From the NCBI GenBank assembly GCA_045540975.1, contig JAZQIE010000072.1, positions 6,158-70,157 on the forward strand: a stretch of 64,000 nucleotides of DNA, in the 5' to 3' direction. The translations under genes and the position numbers were made by a program. The stretch's first letter is position 1. Each line of letters opens with the position of its first letter. Of this stretch, positions 1 to 12,799 are shown piece after piece. The notes below the pieces were generated by a model, which saw only the letters and a program-made list of their open reading frames with translations, ran no database searches and had not been told where the DNA came from. This stretch comes from Eubacteriales bacterium (lineage in GTDB: Bacteria; Bacillota; Clostridia; Oscillospirales; JAAYXM01).

Positions 1-411
1 GACCCCAAGGGCGATATCGCATCCATCCAAAACAGTCTGTACCGTCATCTTTCCGAGCGAAAAATCGCGGAATTTGAGAGCAGAAGCTGTTTAATCGGTC
101 CGCATCGGGATGATTTGGATTGCTCCATCTCGGGAAAATCCGTCCGCCAATTCGCATCCCAAGGGCAAACCCGTACCGCAGTGCTTTCGTTAAAGCTTGC
201 CGAGCGCAATCTCTTTTTTGAGGCAACAAGAGAATATCCCATTCTTCTGCTTGACGATGTACTCAGCGAATTGGATGCCGCGCGGCAAAACTTTGTCTTA
301 AATCAAATCACAAACGGACAGGTATTTATCACAAGCTGTGATGAATCCACCGCCGGAATTTCAAAAACCGGCCGTCTTTTTACCATGAATCAAGGAATTT
401 TATCCGAATAG
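1..411 (+). CDS. recF: DNA replication/repair protein RecF, C-terminal part (5' end outside window)
   Basis: Frame 1 is open from base 1. The translation ...CLIGPHRDDLDCSISGKSVRQFASQGQTRTAVLSLKLAE...ILLLDDVLSELD carries the RecF GPHRDD and LLLDD/SELD signature blocks. Position upstream of gyrB fits. Confidence 0.9.
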   Translation, partial: DPKGDIASIQNSLYRHLSERKIAEFESRSCLIGPHRDDLDCSISGKSVRQFASQGQTRTAVLSLKLAERNLFFEATREYPILLLDDVLSELDAARQNFVLNQITNGQVFITSCDESTAGISKTGRLFTMNQGILSE

Positions 412-421
412 AGGTGTTTTT

Positions 422-2634
<2,213 letters not shown>

Positions 2635-2661
2635 TTTGCGTGATTGAGAGGAAACAAGCAG

Positions 2662-5166
2662 ATGGCGAAGAATAAAAAATACGAAGATTCCCATTTCGAG
2701 GAATATTTCGATACCCAAACCATTGTCGATATCGACATTGAACAAAGAATGCGCGAGGCATTCATTGACTATGCAATGAGTGTCATCATTTCCCGTGCGC
2801 TTCCCGACGTGCGTGACGGCTTAAAGCCTGTCCACCGCCGCATCCTCTATTCCATGTTTGAGGAGCATTTGACGGTTGACAAGCCCTTCTTCAAATCCGC
2901 AACCACGGTCGGTAACGTCATCGGTCGTTACCATCCGCACGGTGATGCTTCGGTTTACGATGCAATGGTCCGTTTGGCGCAGGATTTCTCCATGCGCTAT
3001 CCCTTGGTGGACGGCCACGGTAACTTCGGTTCGGTCGACGGTGACCCCCCTGCGGCATACCGTTATACCGAGGCGAGAATGAGCAAACTCGCAAACCTTC
3101 TCCTTGAAAATATTGAAAAAAATACGGTTGATTTTGCGCCCAACTTCGATGAAAAGCGCAAAGAACCGGTTGTTCTCCCCACCCGTGTTCCCACCCTGCT
3201 CATCAACGGCAGTTCGGGTATCGCGGTCGGTATGGCGACCAATATCCCGCCGCATAACCTCACCGAGGTGCTTGACGGTGTCATTGCTCAAATCGACAAT
3301 CCGGATATCACCGTGGAAGAACTCATGGAGTACATTCAGGGTCCGGATTTCCCGACCAAAGCCTCCATTGTGGGCAAAAGCGGAATCCGTGCGGCGTATC
3401 AAACAGGCCGCGGAAAAATCATCATCCGTGCAAAAGCGGAAATCGAAGAGCATAAAGACGGCACCTCCTCCATCATCGTGACCGAGCTTCCGTATCAGGT
3501 CAACAAAAAGGTGTTGGTGGAATCCATTGCGGAAATGGTCAAGGAAAAGAGAATCGAAGGTCTGTCAGACATTGATGACCATTCCTCCGACCGTGTTGGC
3601 ATCCGTCTTGAAATCTTCTTAAAACGTGAAGCAAATCCGCAGGTGGTACTCAACCAACTCTTCAAATTCACCCGCTTGCAGGACAGCTTCTCCATCAATA
3701 TGCTTGCAATCGTGGACGGAAAGCCCAAGACCATGGGGCTTAAAGAAGTGATTGCGCACTTCATCACCTTCCAGGAAGAGGTTGTCACTCGCCGCACCAA
3801 ATACGATTTGGAAAAGGCAGAGGCGAGAATGCATATTTTGGAAGGGCTGAGAATCGCGCTTGCGAATATCGACGAGGTCATCCATATCATCCGCAATTCG
3901 TATGACGATGCAAAAGAACGTCTCATGGAGCGCTTTAACATGAGCGAAATTCAGGCGCAGAGTGTTCTCGATATGCGCCTTGCACAGCTGCAGCGCTTAA
4001 ACGGCGAGAAAATCGAGCAGGAGTACAACGAACTCCTTGCAAAATGCGAGGAATACCGCGCACTTCTTGCCGACCGCACAAAACTCATGGCACTCATTAA
4101 GGACGAACTCACCGAAATTCGCGACAAATACGGCGATGAAAGACTCACCGAGATTGTCCCGTTTGACGGTCAGATCGATATTGAAGACGAAGACCTCATC
4201 CCGGTCGAGGAATGTGCATATACCTTGACCCATTACGGCTATATCAAGCGCCTGCCGTCCAATACCTACCGTGCGCAGCGCCGCGGCGGTAAGGGGATTT
4301 CGGGCATGAAGACCCGTGAAGAGGACTTCGCGGAAACCTTGTTTATCGCATCCTCGCACGATCATATCCTGTTCTTTACCAATCAGGGACGGATGTACCG
4401 TGTGAAAGGCTATATGATTCCCGAGAGTAGCCGCACCGCAAAGGGCATGAATGTGGTCAACCTCCTTCCGCTCGAAGAGGGCGAGAAGGTTGCCGCAATG
4501 ATTCCGATTGCGCAGTTTGAAGAAGGAAAATTCCTCATCATGGCAACCCGCAGCGGGATTGTCAAGAGAATCGACCTCGACAAACTCGATACCGCGAGAA
4601 AAACCGGTATCCGTGCGCTCACCATCAATGAGGATGACGAACTCATCAAGGTCATGCTCACCGACGGCAGCAAGGAAGTCATGCTTGCCACCCGTGAGGG
4701 TAAGGCAATCCGCTTCTCCGAGACCGATGTCCGCTCCACCGGACGTACCGCGGCAGGTGTTTCGGGCATTGATTTGGCGGATGGCGACTATGTGGTCGGC
4801 GCGGAAGTGGTCGAAGCGGGCAAAGACCTCTTGACTGTGACCGAAAACGGCTTCGGTAAGCGTACTCCGGTTGAGGAATACCGTTTGCAGAACCGCTACG
4901 GTAAGGGTATCACCAACTACAACCTGTCCGACAAGACCGGCAAGGTCGCGGGCATTCAGCTGGTGGACGATGACTGCGACGTCATGATGATTTCCGATGA
5001 CGGCATCATCATCCGTATGGCGGCAGACAGCATTGCCCGTTACGGACGTGTCACCAAGGGCGTCATTTTGATGCGCCTCTCCGAGGATGTCCATGTCATC
5101 TCGGTCGCCTGCACCGAAAAAGAGCAGGAAGAAGAAGCCGAAGTGACGAATGAATTGCAGGATTAG
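2662..5166 (+). CDS. gyrA: DNA gyrase subunit A
   Basis: [26 protein letters not shown], the QRDR block [17 protein letters not shown] and the active-site region [10 protein letters not shown] are present, followed by C-terminal beta-pinwheel repeats. Confidence 0.97.
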   Translation: MAKNKKYEDSHFEEYFDTQTIVDIDIEQRMREAFIDYAMSVIISRALPDVRDGLKPVHRRILYSMFEEHLTVDKPFFKSATTVGNVIGRYHPHGDASVYDAMVRLAQDFSMRYPLVDGHGNFGSVDGDPPAAYRYTEARMSKLANLLLENIEKNTVDFAPNFDEKRKEPVVLPTRVPTLLINGSSGIAVGMATNIPPHNLTEVLDGVIAQIDNPDITVEELMEYIQGPDFPTKASIVGKSGIRAAYQTGRGKIIIRAKAEIEEHKDGTSSIIVTELPYQVNKKVLVESIAEMVKEKRIEGLSDIDDHSSDRVGIRLEIFLKREANPQVVLNQLFKFTRLQDSFSINMLAIVDGKPKTMGLKEVIAHFITFQEEVVTRRTKYDLEKAEARMHILEGLRIALANIDEVIHIIRNSYDDAKERLMERFNMSEIQAQSVLDMRLAQLQRLNGEKIEQEYNELLAKCEEYRALLADRTKLMALIKDELTEIRDKYGDERLTEIVPFDGQIDIEDEDLIPVEECAYTLTHYGYIKRLPSNTYRAQRRGGKGISGMKTREEDFAETLFIASSHDHILFFTNQGRMYRVKGYMIPESSRTAKGMNVVNLLPLEEGEKVAAMIPIAQFEEGKFLIMATRSGIVKRIDLDKLDTARKTGIRALTINEDDELIKVMLTDGSKEVMLATREGKAIRFSETDVRSTGRTAAGVSGIDLADGDYVVGAEVVEAGKDLLTVTENGFGKRTPVEEYRLQNRYGKGITNYNLSDKTGKVAGIQLVDDDCDVMMISDDGIIIRMAADSIARYGRVTKGVILMRLSEDVHVISVACTEKEQEEEAEVTNELQD

Positions 5167-5176
5167 AGGAAATCCT

Positions 5177-5620
5177 ATGAAAAAACACGTTACTTTGTAC
5201 ACCGACGGCGCGTGCTCGGGAAATCCCGGGCCGGGCGGTTGGGGTGCGATTTTGGTCTACCGCGAAACCGAGCGTGAGCTTTCGGGCGGCGAGGAGATGA
5301 CCACAAACAACCGCATGGAGCTTCTTGCGGTCATTGAAGGTCTCTCCCGCTTAAAAGAGCCGTGCCGTGTCACGGTATACAGTGACAGCCGCTATCTGGT
5401 GGATGCCATCAGCCAAGGCTGGGCAGTGCGCTGGAAGCAAAACGGCTGGATGCGCAACAAAAAAGACCGTGCGCTCAATCCGGATTTGTGGGAGCGCCTG
5501 CTCGAACTTCTCACCACCCACGAATGCGAATTTGTTTGGGTCAAGGGCCATGCGGAAAACCCGTATAACAACCGTTGCGACCGCCTTGCGGTGGCGGAAA
5601 GCCAAAAATTTTTAAAATAA
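5177..5620 (+). CDS. rnhA: Ribonuclease HI
   Basis: [20 protein letters not shown]...[14 protein letters not shown]...VYSDSRYL...[18 protein letters not shown] is the classic RNase H fold motif series. Confidence 0.9.
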   Translation: MKKHVTLYTDGACSGNPGPGGWGAILVYRETERELSGGEEMTTNNRMELLAVIEGLSRLKEPCRVTVYSDSRYLVDAISQGWAVRWKQNGWMRNKKDRALNPDLWERLLELLTTHECEFVWVKGHAENPYNNRCDRLAVAESQKFLK

Positions 5621-5675
5621 GTCTTGCAAACCGGCGTGCAAGCGTGTATTGTCATTAGGAAAGGAAGAACAAAGC

Positions 5676-6863
5676 ATGCCAAAACTCGTTTATGCAGACA
5701 ATGCGGCAACCGCGCGTGTCCTGCCGCAGGTCTTGGAGGCCATGCTCCCGTATTTCGGAGAGGAGTATGCAAATCCGTCCAGTCTGTATCCCTTCGCATA
5801 CAAAGCAAAAAATGCGGTGGAAGCCGCCCGTGAAAAGGTAGCCGACCTTCTGGGTGCAACCGCGCGTGAAATTTATTTCACCAGCTGCGGCTCGGAAGCG
5901 GATAACTGGGCAATCAAAGGCGCGGTGCTCGCCTCCAAAAAGGAAAAGAAGCACATCATCACCTCCGCAATCGAGCATCATGCGGTGCTGCACACCTGCC
6001 AATATCTGGAGAAGAAGGGTGTGGAGGTTACTTATCTCGGCGTGAATGAGGAAGGTCTCATCTCGCTTGACGAACTCAAAGCCGCCATCCGTCCCGAAAC
6101 CGTTCTGATTTCGGTGATGTTTGCAAATAACGAAATCGGCTCCATCCAGCCGATTCGGGAAATCGGCGCCATCGCGCGTGAAAACAACATCCTGTTCCAT
6201 ACCGATGCGGTGCAAGCGGCAGGGCATATCCCGATTGACGTTTCCGAAATGAATATCGACCTGCTTGCCCTCTCGGGTCACAAATTCGGCGCACCCAAAG
6301 GCATCGGCGCAATGTACATCCGCAAGGGTGTGCTCATCGACCCGCTCATCCACGGCGGCGGTCACGAGCGCGGTCGTCGTGCGGGCACCGAAAATGTCCC
6401 CTATGCGGTGGGTCTCGGCGTTGCGGCGGAAATTGCCAAAAAACAGATGCCGAGCGAAATGGAGCGCCTCTCCAAGCTGCGCGACCGCTTGATTGAAGGC
6501 GCGCTCAAGCTCCCGTATACCTTCCTGACCGGGCCCAAGGAAAACCGTCTTCCGGGTCTTGCAAGCTTCTGCATCGAAGGGATTGAGGGCGAAGCGCTGC
6601 TGCTGAATCTATTCAATGCGGGCGTGTGTGCATCCTCGGGATCTGCGTGCTCCTCGGGTGATTTAGACCCGTCGCACGTGCTTCTTGCAATCGGGCTTCC
6701 GCACCATGTTGCGCACGGCTCACTCCGTCTCTCGCTCGGTGAAGTAAATACCGAGGAAGACGTTGACCATATCTTGGAGGCTCTGCCCCAAGTCGTTTCC
6801 AAACTTCGCAGTATGTCGCCGGTTTGGGATAACGGAAAACCCATGTGGCATATCGAAGATTAA
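5676..6863 (+). CDS. nifS: Cysteine desulfurase (NifS/IscS class)
   Basis: [26 protein letters not shown] (PLP lysine) and the active-site loop SSGSACSSG are present. The gene lies directly upstream of a NifU/IscU scaffold gene. Confidence 0.9.
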   Translation: MPKLVYADNAATARVLPQVLEAMLPYFGEEYANPSSLYPFAYKAKNAVEAAREKVADLLGATAREIYFTSCGSEADNWAIKGAVLASKKEKKHIITSAIEHHAVLHTCQYLEKKGVEVTYLGVNEEGLISLDELKAAIRPETVLISVMFANNEIGSIQPIREIGAIARENNILFHTDAVQAAGHIPIDVSEMNIDLLALSGHKFGAPKGIGAMYIRKGVLIDPLIHGGGHERGRRAGTENVPYAVGLGVAAEIAKKQMPSEMERLSKLRDRLIEGALKLPYTFLTGPKENRLPGLASFCIEGIEGEALLLNLFNAGVCASSGSACSSGDLDPSHVLLAIGLPHHVAHGSLRLSLGEVNTEEDVDHILEALPQVVSKLRSMSPVWDNGKPMWHIED

Positions 6864-6876
6864 GGAGGAAACCAAA

Positions 6877-7317
6877 ATGTACAGCGATAAAGTATTGGAC
6901 CATTTCTCAAACCCGAGAAATGTCGGTGAATTGGAAGATGCAAATGCGGTCGGCACCGTGGGAAACCCCAAGTGTGGCGACATTATGAAAATGTACCTCA
7001 AAATCGAGGACGGCGTCATCGTAGATGCGAAGTTTAAAACCTTCGGCTGCGGTGCTGCGGTCGCAACCTCGAGCATGGCGACCGAGCTGGTCAAGGGCAA
7101 GCGCGTGGAAGATGCGCTCAAACTCACCAACCAGGCGGTGGTCGATGCGCTTGACGGTCTGCCCCCCGCAAAAATCCATTGCTCGGTCCTCGCGGAAGAA
7201 GCAATCAAAACCGCGATTGCGGATTATTATAAGAGTCAGGGCATTGACCCGACTCCCATTATCGGGTGCTCGGGAGACTGCGCGCATTGCTGCGGTCACG
7301 ACCATCACGAAGAATAA
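6877..7317 (+). CDS. nifU: Fe-S cluster scaffold NifU/IscU-like, with a Cys/His-rich C-terminal tail
   Basis: YSDKVLDHFSNPRNVGELE...GNPKCGDIMKMYL...FKTFGCGAAVATSS...PPAKIHCSVLAEEA is present. The tail GCSGDCAHCCGHDHHEE is an unusual extension. AAGGAGG precedes the ATG at 6877. Confidence 0.9.
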   Translation: MYSDKVLDHFSNPRNVGELEDANAVGTVGNPKCGDIMKMYLKIEDGVIVDAKFKTFGCGAAVATSSMATELVKGKRVEDALKLTNQAVVDALDGLPPAKIHCSVLAEEAIKTAIADYYKSQGIDPTPIIGCSGDCAHCCGHDHHEE

Positions 7318-7325
7318 ATACAGGA

Positions 7326-7365
7326 AAAACGGCGGAATTTCAGATAAAATTTCGCCGTTTTTTTG
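7326..7365 (+). terminator. Rho-independent terminator after nifU
   Basis: A 12-bp stem (7329-7340 with 7347-7358, ACGGCGGAATTT/AAATTTCGCCGT) is followed by a T-run. Confidence 0.8.
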
Positions 7366-7381
7366 AAAAAATGGAGGAAAA

Positions 7382-8749
7382 ATGAGAGAAAAATTTTCGT
7401 CCCGTCTGGGATTTTTGCTGATTACCGCAGGCTGCGCCATCGGGCTTGGAAATGTGTGGAGATTCCCGTACATCATCGGTCGTTACGGCGGCGGCACCGT
7501 GCTTTTGGTGTATCTGGTTTTTCTTGCGGTCATCGGGATTCCGCTTGCCACCATGGAGCTTGCGGTGGGGCGCGCGAGTAAGCAGTCGGTCGCCACATCC
7601 TTCAAAACCTTAGAGCCAAAGGGCACCAAGTGGCACATCCAAAGCATCCTTGCGGTCGCGGGAAACTACTTGCTCATGATGTTTTATACCACGGTTTCGG
7701 GCTGGGTGCTCGCGTATCTTTGGAAAACCGCAACCGGCGCGTTTTCGGGTCTTTCCCCCGAGGGTGTGGGTGCGGCATTCACCGCCTTGCAGGGAAATAC
7801 GTGGGAGATGCTCTTCTGGATGCTGCTCTCGGTCGCAATCGGGCTTCTCGTCTGTGTGCTGGGGTTAAACCGCGGCGTGGAAGGGATTACCAAAATCATG
7901 ATGGTGGCGCTCTTTGTCCTCCTCATTGTGCTTGGGATTCATTGTGCGCGCCTTCCGGGTGCAATCGAAGGGCTCAAATTCTATCTCCTGCCCAGTAAAG
8001 AGCGTTTCTTGGCGCATGGCTTTGGTGAAACCCTCTTTGCCGCAATGGGGCAGGCGCTGTTTACCCTCTCCATCGGCATCGGCTCGATTTCGATTTTCGG
8101 CAGTTACATCGGAAAAGAAAAACGCCTGCTCGGTGAGGCGGTCCGAATCACCGCGCTGGACACCTTGGTCGCACTGCTTTCGGGTGTCATCGTATTCTCC
8201 GCCTGCGCCTCCTTCGGGGTGGACCAAACCCAAGGCCCGGGGCTGATTTTCGTTACCCTTCCGAATGTCTTCAACCAAATGGCGGGCGGCCGTATTTGGG
8301 GAATTTTGTTCTTCCTCTGCATGAGCTTTGCCGCGCTTTCCACCGTGATTGCGGTGTTTGAAAACATTGTGAGCTTCGCGGTGGATTTGTGGGGCTGGAC
8401 AAGAAAAAAAGCGGTCGCGCTCAATGCGATTTTGCTCCCCGTACTCTCGATTCCGTGTGTGCTGGGATTTACCGTACTCAAAGGATTCCGGCCGCTTGGC
8501 GCGGGTACCAACATCATGGATTTGGAGGACTTTTTGGTCTCCAATAACCTGCTCATCTTGGGCTGTCTGGTGTTTTTGCTCTTCTGCGTGTGTAAACGCG
8601 GATGGGGATACAAGGCGTTTTTGGAGGAGGCAAACACGGGTGAAGGCATGAAATTCCCGAAATGGGCGTACTTTTACCTCAAATATATCCTCCCCGTCTT
8701 CTTACTCTTCGTCTTCGTGATGGGGTATTATAATCTGTTCTTCAAATAA
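7382..8749 (+). CDS. Sodium-dependent neurotransmitter:sodium symporter (SNF) family transporter
   Basis: FLLITAGCAIGLGNVWRFPYIIGRYGGG is the SNF signature. The protein is a multi-pass hydrophobic 455 aa. Confidence 0.85.
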   Translation: MREKFSSRLGFLLITAGCAIGLGNVWRFPYIIGRYGGGTVLLVYLVFLAVIGIPLATMELAVGRASKQSVATSFKTLEPKGTKWHIQSILAVAGNYLLMMFYTTVSGWVLAYLWKTATGAFSGLSPEGVGAAFTALQGNTWEMLFWMLLSVAIGLLVCVLGLNRGVEGITKIMMVALFVLLIVLGIHCARLPGAIEGLKFYLLPSKERFLAHGFGETLFAAMGQALFTLSIGIGSISIFGSYIGKEKRLLGEAVRITALDTLVALLSGVIVFSACASFGVDQTQGPGLIFVTLPNVFNQMAGGRIWGILFFLCMSFAALSTVIAVFENIVSFAVDLWGWTRKKAVALNAILLPVLSIPCVLGFTVLKGFRPLGAGTNIMDLEDFLVSNNLLILGCLVFLLFCVCKRGWGYKAFLEEANTGEGMKFPKWAYFYLKYILPVFLLFVFVMGYYNLFFK

Positions 8750-8751
8750 AT

Positions 8752-8783
8752 AAAAAAGAGCCGTCGTGTGACGGCTCTTTTTT
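8752..8783. terminator. Bidirectional terminator between convergent genes
   Basis: AAAAAAGAGCCGTC-gtgt-GACGGCTCTTTTTT has an A-run and a T-run flanking a 9-bp stem. Confidence 0.85.
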
Positions 8784-9604
8784 CATGGGCGGGGATCCTC
8801 ACGGTCAAATTCCAGAGTGGCGTGGGGGATGCCGAGGGAGTTGAGTGCTTCGCGCAGGGGTTGTTTCAACGCGGGGTCTGCGACCACGTGCATGGTGGCG
8901 GTATGGGTGTTCCCGTCCAGACTCCAGACATGGATGTGTCGGACATCGTGTACCCCGTCGATATCGCATAGTGTCGCGCGGATGTGTGCGGGGTCAAGCC
9001 CTTCGGGTACCGCTTGCAGAAAGATGCGAAACAGAGAATTGAGGAGCTTTGCCGCATGAATCAGGATGACCGCGGCGGTGAGAATCGAGAGGATGGGGTC
9101 GAGGATTGCGAAGTCGGTAAAGCGCATGACGATTGCACCGATGAGCACCACAACCCAGCCCAACGCATCCTCCCAAAGGTGCAGATTCACCGCTTTTTGA
9201 CTCAGCGATGTCCCTTTTTGGGTGAAAAATACCGCGGCGGAATTGATGATTACACCGACGATTGCAAAGAGAATCATGCCGTCATAGTGAATCGGGATGG
9301 GGTGGAGGATGCGAAGAATCGCGTGATACAACACACCCAACGAGCCCAAAATCAAAATCACGGTTGTGAGGACCCCGCCGAGCAGGGAAAATCGGGCATA
9401 TCCGTAAGTATAGCGCCCATCGGGTGCGCGGTGGCTTTTTCGCTCAAAGAGATAGGAAAAACAGATGCTGACCGCGTCTCCGAAATCGTGGACCGCATCG
9501 GAAAGAAGTGCGATGCTTCCGATGAAAAGTCCGCCCACCAACTCAAAAACAGAGAACGCGAGATTTAAAAGAAAAGCGACAAAAATATTTCGTTCGGTCT
9601 GCAT
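8783..9604 (-). CDS. Cation diffusion facilitator (CzcD/ZitB-like) metal efflux protein
   Basis: LNLAFSVFELVGGLFIGSIALLSDAVHDFGD and the C-terminal block VHDVRHIHVWSL are present. I prefer the internal ATG at 9604 (MQTERNIF), which has an upstream GGAGG, over the longer ORF start at 9775. Confidence 0.85.
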   Translation of the reverse strand: MQTERNIFVAFLLNLAFSVFELVGGLFIGSIALLSDAVHDFGDAVSICFSYLFERKSHRAPDGRYTYGYARFSLLGGVLTTVILILGSLGVLYHAILRILHPIPIHYDGMILFAIVGVIINSAAVFFTQKGTSLSQKAVNLHLWEDALGWVVVLIGAIVMRFTDFAILDPILSILTAAVILIHAAKLLNSLFRIFLQAVPEGLDPAHIRATLCDIDGVHDVRHIHVWSLDGNTHTATMHVVADPALKQPLREALNSLGIPHATLEFDREDPRP

Positions 9605-9681
9605 AAAGAACCTCCTGTGTTTGCTATTACCACGATATGAAAAAAACACAAAATTGTGCATGGAAAAAACCGTCAAAACAC

Positions 9682-9710
9682 TTGACATTGACACCGATTT
9701 ATAGTAAACT
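9682..9710 (+). promoter_or_regulatory. Candidate sigma-A promoter for the M23 peptidase gene
   Basis: TTGACA (9682-9687), a 17-nt spacer and TAAACT (9705-9710). An inverted repeat GTAACA-agtt-TGTTAC follows at 9711-9726. Confidence 0.45.
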
Positions 9711-9754
9711 GTAACAAGTTTGTTACCGAATGTAACCGAAAGGAGGGAGAACGC

Positions 9755-11380
9755 GTGTCGAGAAAATCCAAGCACGATGAAACATCGGTCGGACTGGAAT
9801 ATGTTGCTCGGGAAGAACGGGGCGCTGCGCCGTCGTTTGGGGCGAAACTGTGGGAATGCTTTGCGCGCAAGAGCTATCAGGTTTCCGCTCGTCTGCTCGC
9901 ACTCAGCAGAGTGTGTAAGAAGCGCGTTCTGATTCCTTGTGCATTATATACCCTTGCGCTTGCGGATGTTGTATCCAAGGGCGCGCAGTGGCTGTGGTTT
10001 CACACCGTCTGCACCGCACACGATGTGCATGTTTCTCTGTCGCGCCTGAAGGCAAACCGCATCACCGCGGCGTGCATGATGGCATCGCTCACCTTTGCGG
10101 TGATTTCCAGCACCTTCTTCGGACTTGGCTTCTCGCTGAGTGTCAACGGCGAAGAGGTCGGATATATCATGAACGCGGAGGATTTGAGCCTCGCGGTCAA
10201 GAATGTGGAAACACAGGTCAGTGCGGCGTTGGGGCATCCTTACGGACTCAAGCCGAACACCAAACTCACCTTCGGTCTGGTTGAGCGCGACCGTGTGCTG
10301 ACCGCCGAGGATGTGGAAAAGAAACTGGTGGATGCGGTCAGCGATATTTCCGAGATGTATGTCCTCACCGTGGACGGCGAGGTAATCGGCGCAAGCTATA
10401 ATCCGGGAATGCTGCAGCGGATTTTGGACGGATTTTATACGGTCTCCGATCGCGATACCGTGCTTTCCTCCTCGTTTAGCCGCAATGTCAAGATTGAAAA
10501 GACGGTTGCGGAGACCTCGCTTTTGAAATCGGATACCGAGATTTTGGAAACTCTTTCCGCAAACATCACGGAAGACCGTTATTATACCATCCGTCGCGGT
10601 GATACCTGGGATGCAATCGCGCAGGAACACGGAATGTCCTCCGCGCAGCTCAAGGAGATGAATCCGAGCGTTTCTCTCCGCCGCGGCAACAAGCTTTTGG
10701 TTGCAAAAGCGATTCCGTATCTCACGGTGGAACGTGTGGTGCAGGAAACCACGGTGGAATCCGTTGCATACAAGACGGTGGAAACAAAAACCGACTCGCT
10801 TTATGTGGGAACACGCCGTGTCAAGACCAAAGGTGTGCGCGGCAATGCCCGTGTGACCAAGAAAAACACCTTTGAAAACGGTGAGTTGGTCGCGTCCGAG
10901 CAAATCTCCTATGAAGTTTTAAAGCAGCCGACAGACGAAGAAATTCAAGTCGGTACAAAGCCGCTTCCCTCTGTGCGCGGAATCAGCGCATCGGGTGACG
11001 GTCTTGCGACCGGAAGCATGATTCGTCCGGTCAGCGGTGCGATTGTTTACTCGGATTACGGGTACCGCAAGAGCGGGTTCCATTCGGGTATCGACTTTGC
11101 CACCACGGCGGGGACTCCGGTCCGCGCGGCGGACGGCGGCACGGTCACCTTCGCAGGCTGGAAGGGTGACTTCGGAAACTTGGTCATCATCAGCCATGGC
11201 AACGGACTTTCCACATACTATGCGCACAACGCGAAACTTACGGTCCGTGTGGGACAAAAGGTCTCTCGCGGTCAGCAGATTGCATCGGTGGGCAGTACCG
11301 GTCGCAGCACCGGTCCGCATTGCCACTTTGAAGTGCGTGTGGGCGGTAAAACCGTCAACCCGTGGCGGTATATTTCTTAA
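9755..11380 (+). CDS. Membrane-anchored peptidoglycan hydrolase: LysM + G5 + M23 peptidase domains
   Basis: The LysM domain is YYTIRRGDTWDAIAQEHGMSSAQLKEMNP. The G5-like domain is VETKTDSLYVGTRRVKTKGVRGNARV...IQVGTKP. The M23 core is GFHSGIDFATTAGTPVRAADGGTV...YAHN...GSTGRSTGPHCHFEV. The start is GTG. Confidence 0.85.
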   Translation: MSRKSKHDETSVGLEYVAREERGAAPSFGAKLWECFARKSYQVSARLLALSRVCKKRVLIPCALYTLALADVVSKGAQWLWFHTVCTAHDVHVSLSRLKANRITAACMMASLTFAVISSTFFGLGFSLSVNGEEVGYIMNAEDLSLAVKNVETQVSAALGHPYGLKPNTKLTFGLVERDRVLTAEDVEKKLVDAVSDISEMYVLTVDGEVIGASYNPGMLQRILDGFYTVSDRDTVLSSSFSRNVKIEKTVAETSLLKSDTEILETLSANITEDRYYTIRRGDTWDAIAQEHGMSSAQLKEMNPSVSLRRGNKLLVAKAIPYLTVERVVQETTVESVAYKTVETKTDSLYVGTRRVKTKGVRGNARVTKKNTFENGELVASEQISYEVLKQPTDEEIQVGTKPLPSVRGISASGDGLATGSMIRPVSGAIVYSDYGYRKSGFHSGIDFATTAGTPVRAADGGTVTFAGWKGDFGNLVIISHGNGLSTYYAHNAKLTVRVGQKVSRGQQIASVGSTGRSTGPHCHFEVRVGGKTVNPWRYIS

Positions 11381-11386
11381 AAACCG

Positions 11387-11420
11387 CGGCGGCAAACATT
11401 GTGTTTGCCGCCGATTTGTT
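11387..11420 (+). terminator. Terminator after the M23 peptidase gene
   Basis: A 12-bp stem CGGCGGCAAACA/TGTTTGCCGCCG is followed by ATTTGTT. Confidence 0.7.
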
Positions 11421-11451
11421 GTATAATGAATGCAGAAGGAGGTGAGGGGAC

Positions 11452-12285
11452 ATGAAACACGCGGTCAAGCGTTGTGCGGTCATCAATGATTTATCCGGCT
11501 TTGGGAGATGTTCTCTCACAGTCGCAATCCCCATTTTAAGCGCGCTTGGGATTCAGGCGTGCCCGCTTCCCACCGCGATTTTGTCCAACCACACGGGTTG
11601 GGACGAGTATTACTTCGAGGATTTTACCGACCGTATGCGCGATTACGCATCGTATTGGGAGAAGCTTGGCTTGGAATTCGATTCGATTTATACCGGATTT
11701 TTGGGCAGCGAACAGCAGGTCGAAGCGATTTTGGAGTTTGTCGAGAAATTCCAAAAGCCCGAGACCCTCTTGTTTGTCGACCCTGCCATGGCAGACCACG
11801 GCGAGTTTTACTCCACCTGCACCAAAGAACTCTGCGATAAAATGCGTGAGTTGGTGCGCCATGCGGATATCATCACCCCGAATCTGACCGAGGCGTGTTT
11901 ACTCTGCGAGGTGCCGTATCTGGGCAATGCCGACCGTGTCTCTTATGAAGAGGTTTACGCGCTTGGCGAAAAGCTTGCGGATATGGGACCCAAGCAGGTC
12001 ATCATCACGGGTGTCAAATGCGGGGATTTGGTGGCAAATGTGGTCATTGACCGTTTGCGCGGTGCGCGATTTGTCATTGAAAGTCCGCACATCTCCTGCG
12101 AATACTGCGGGACGGGGGATACCTTCGCATCCGTGCTGTGCGGGTATTTAACCCTCGGGATGAATTCCCACGAAGCACTCACCAAAACCTCGAAATTTGT
12201 TGCGAAAACCATCGAGTTTTCCTTCGAACACGGGGTGCCGCCGCTGGAAGGCGTGGCATTTGAGCCGTTTTTACAAGAATTATAA
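11452..12285 (+). CDS. pdxK: Pyridoxal/pyridoxamine kinase
   Basis: INDLSGFGRCSLTVAIPILSALGIQACPLPTAILSNHTG..., FLGSEQQ, DPAMADHG and the C-terminal GTGDTFAS ribokinase-family anion hole are present. Confidence 0.85.
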   Translation: MKHAVKRCAVINDLSGFGRCSLTVAIPILSALGIQACPLPTAILSNHTGWDEYYFEDFTDRMRDYASYWEKLGLEFDSIYTGFLGSEQQVEAILEFVEKFQKPETLLFVDPAMADHGEFYSTCTKELCDKMRELVRHADIITPNLTEACLLCEVPYLGNADRVSYEEVYALGEKLADMGPKQVIITGVKCGDLVANVVIDRLRGARFVIESPHISCEYCGTGDTFASVLCGYLTLGMNSHEALTKTSKFVAKTIEFSFEHGVPPLEGVAFEPFLQEL

Positions 12286-12286
12286 G

Positions 12287-12318
12287 AAAAGAGTGGTGAA
12301 TGTTTCACCACTCTTTTT
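12287..12318. terminator. Bidirectional terminator (pdxK / YkgJ-like gene)
   Basis: AAAAGAGTGGTGAA-tgt-TTCACCACTCTTTTT. It overlaps the last codons of the minus-strand gene. Confidence 0.85.
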
Positions 12319-12790
12319 CTGTAAAGCGTTTGTAGCCGTCCAGCATTTCGGAATAGCGCGTGAGCATTTCGGAGATTTCGGGGGCTTGCATGAGTGCGGC
12401 AAACGCGGTTTTGACCGCGCTTAAAAATTCCGCTTGAACAAACGCGATTGCATCCTCGTCAAGAAGGGGACAGATGTATTTTGCGCGCGGGTCGGGGATG
12501 ACGGTGAGCGTTCCGTCTTTTAAATACGGCGCAAACGGATAAATGCGGCAGGAGAGGGGTCTGCGATTGCGCGCACAAGTACCGTCGCAGGTGAAAAAGC
12601 CCACTTGCATCCCGTTCATCTCACGGGTTTCACAGGAAATCCCCAAAAACTCCGCCTCACCCGGAAATAAAATCATGCCGTGGTCTTTGTCCCCGTGACA
12701 GCATTTATTGCCGCAAAGAAGACCGCAATCCGCGGCAATGGGGGTTACGTTTGACAAAGCGGCATACGCCTCTGTGTAAAGCTTTCTCAT
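12305..12790 (-). CDS. YkgJ/UPF0153-type cysteine-cluster (zinc/iron-chelating) protein
   Basis: A 161-aa protein with a CGLLCGNKCC (CxxCxxCC) motif plus further Cys pairs (FFTCDGTC). Confidence 0.55.
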   Translation of the reverse strand: MRKLYTEAYAALSNVTPIAADCGLLCGNKCCHGDKDHGMILFPGEAEFLGISCETREMNGMQVGFFTCDGTCARNRRPLSCRIYPFAPYLKDGTLTVIPDPRAKYICPLLDEDAIAFVQAEFLSAVKTAFAALMQAPEISEMLTRYSEMLDGYKRFTEKEW

Positions 12791-12799
12791 AGAATCACC

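Noticed and set aside
3997-5202. Very long antisense ORFs opposite real genes. Examples are 401 aa opposite gyrA, 407 aa at 53385-54608 opposite agcS, 369 aa at 45370-46479 opposite GH2, and 316 aa at 36179-37129 opposite citrate synthase. They could be read as overlapping genes.
   Set aside because: For the two I checked, the antisense frame is codon-aligned with the sense gene. The gyrA codons and the 5200-5202 antisense codon share phase, and the same holds for agcS. In that frame stops arise only from the sense codons TTA, CTA and TCA, which this genome avoids. The translations are Arg/His/Gly-rich low-complexity strings without SD sequences or family resemblance. They are a compositional artefact.
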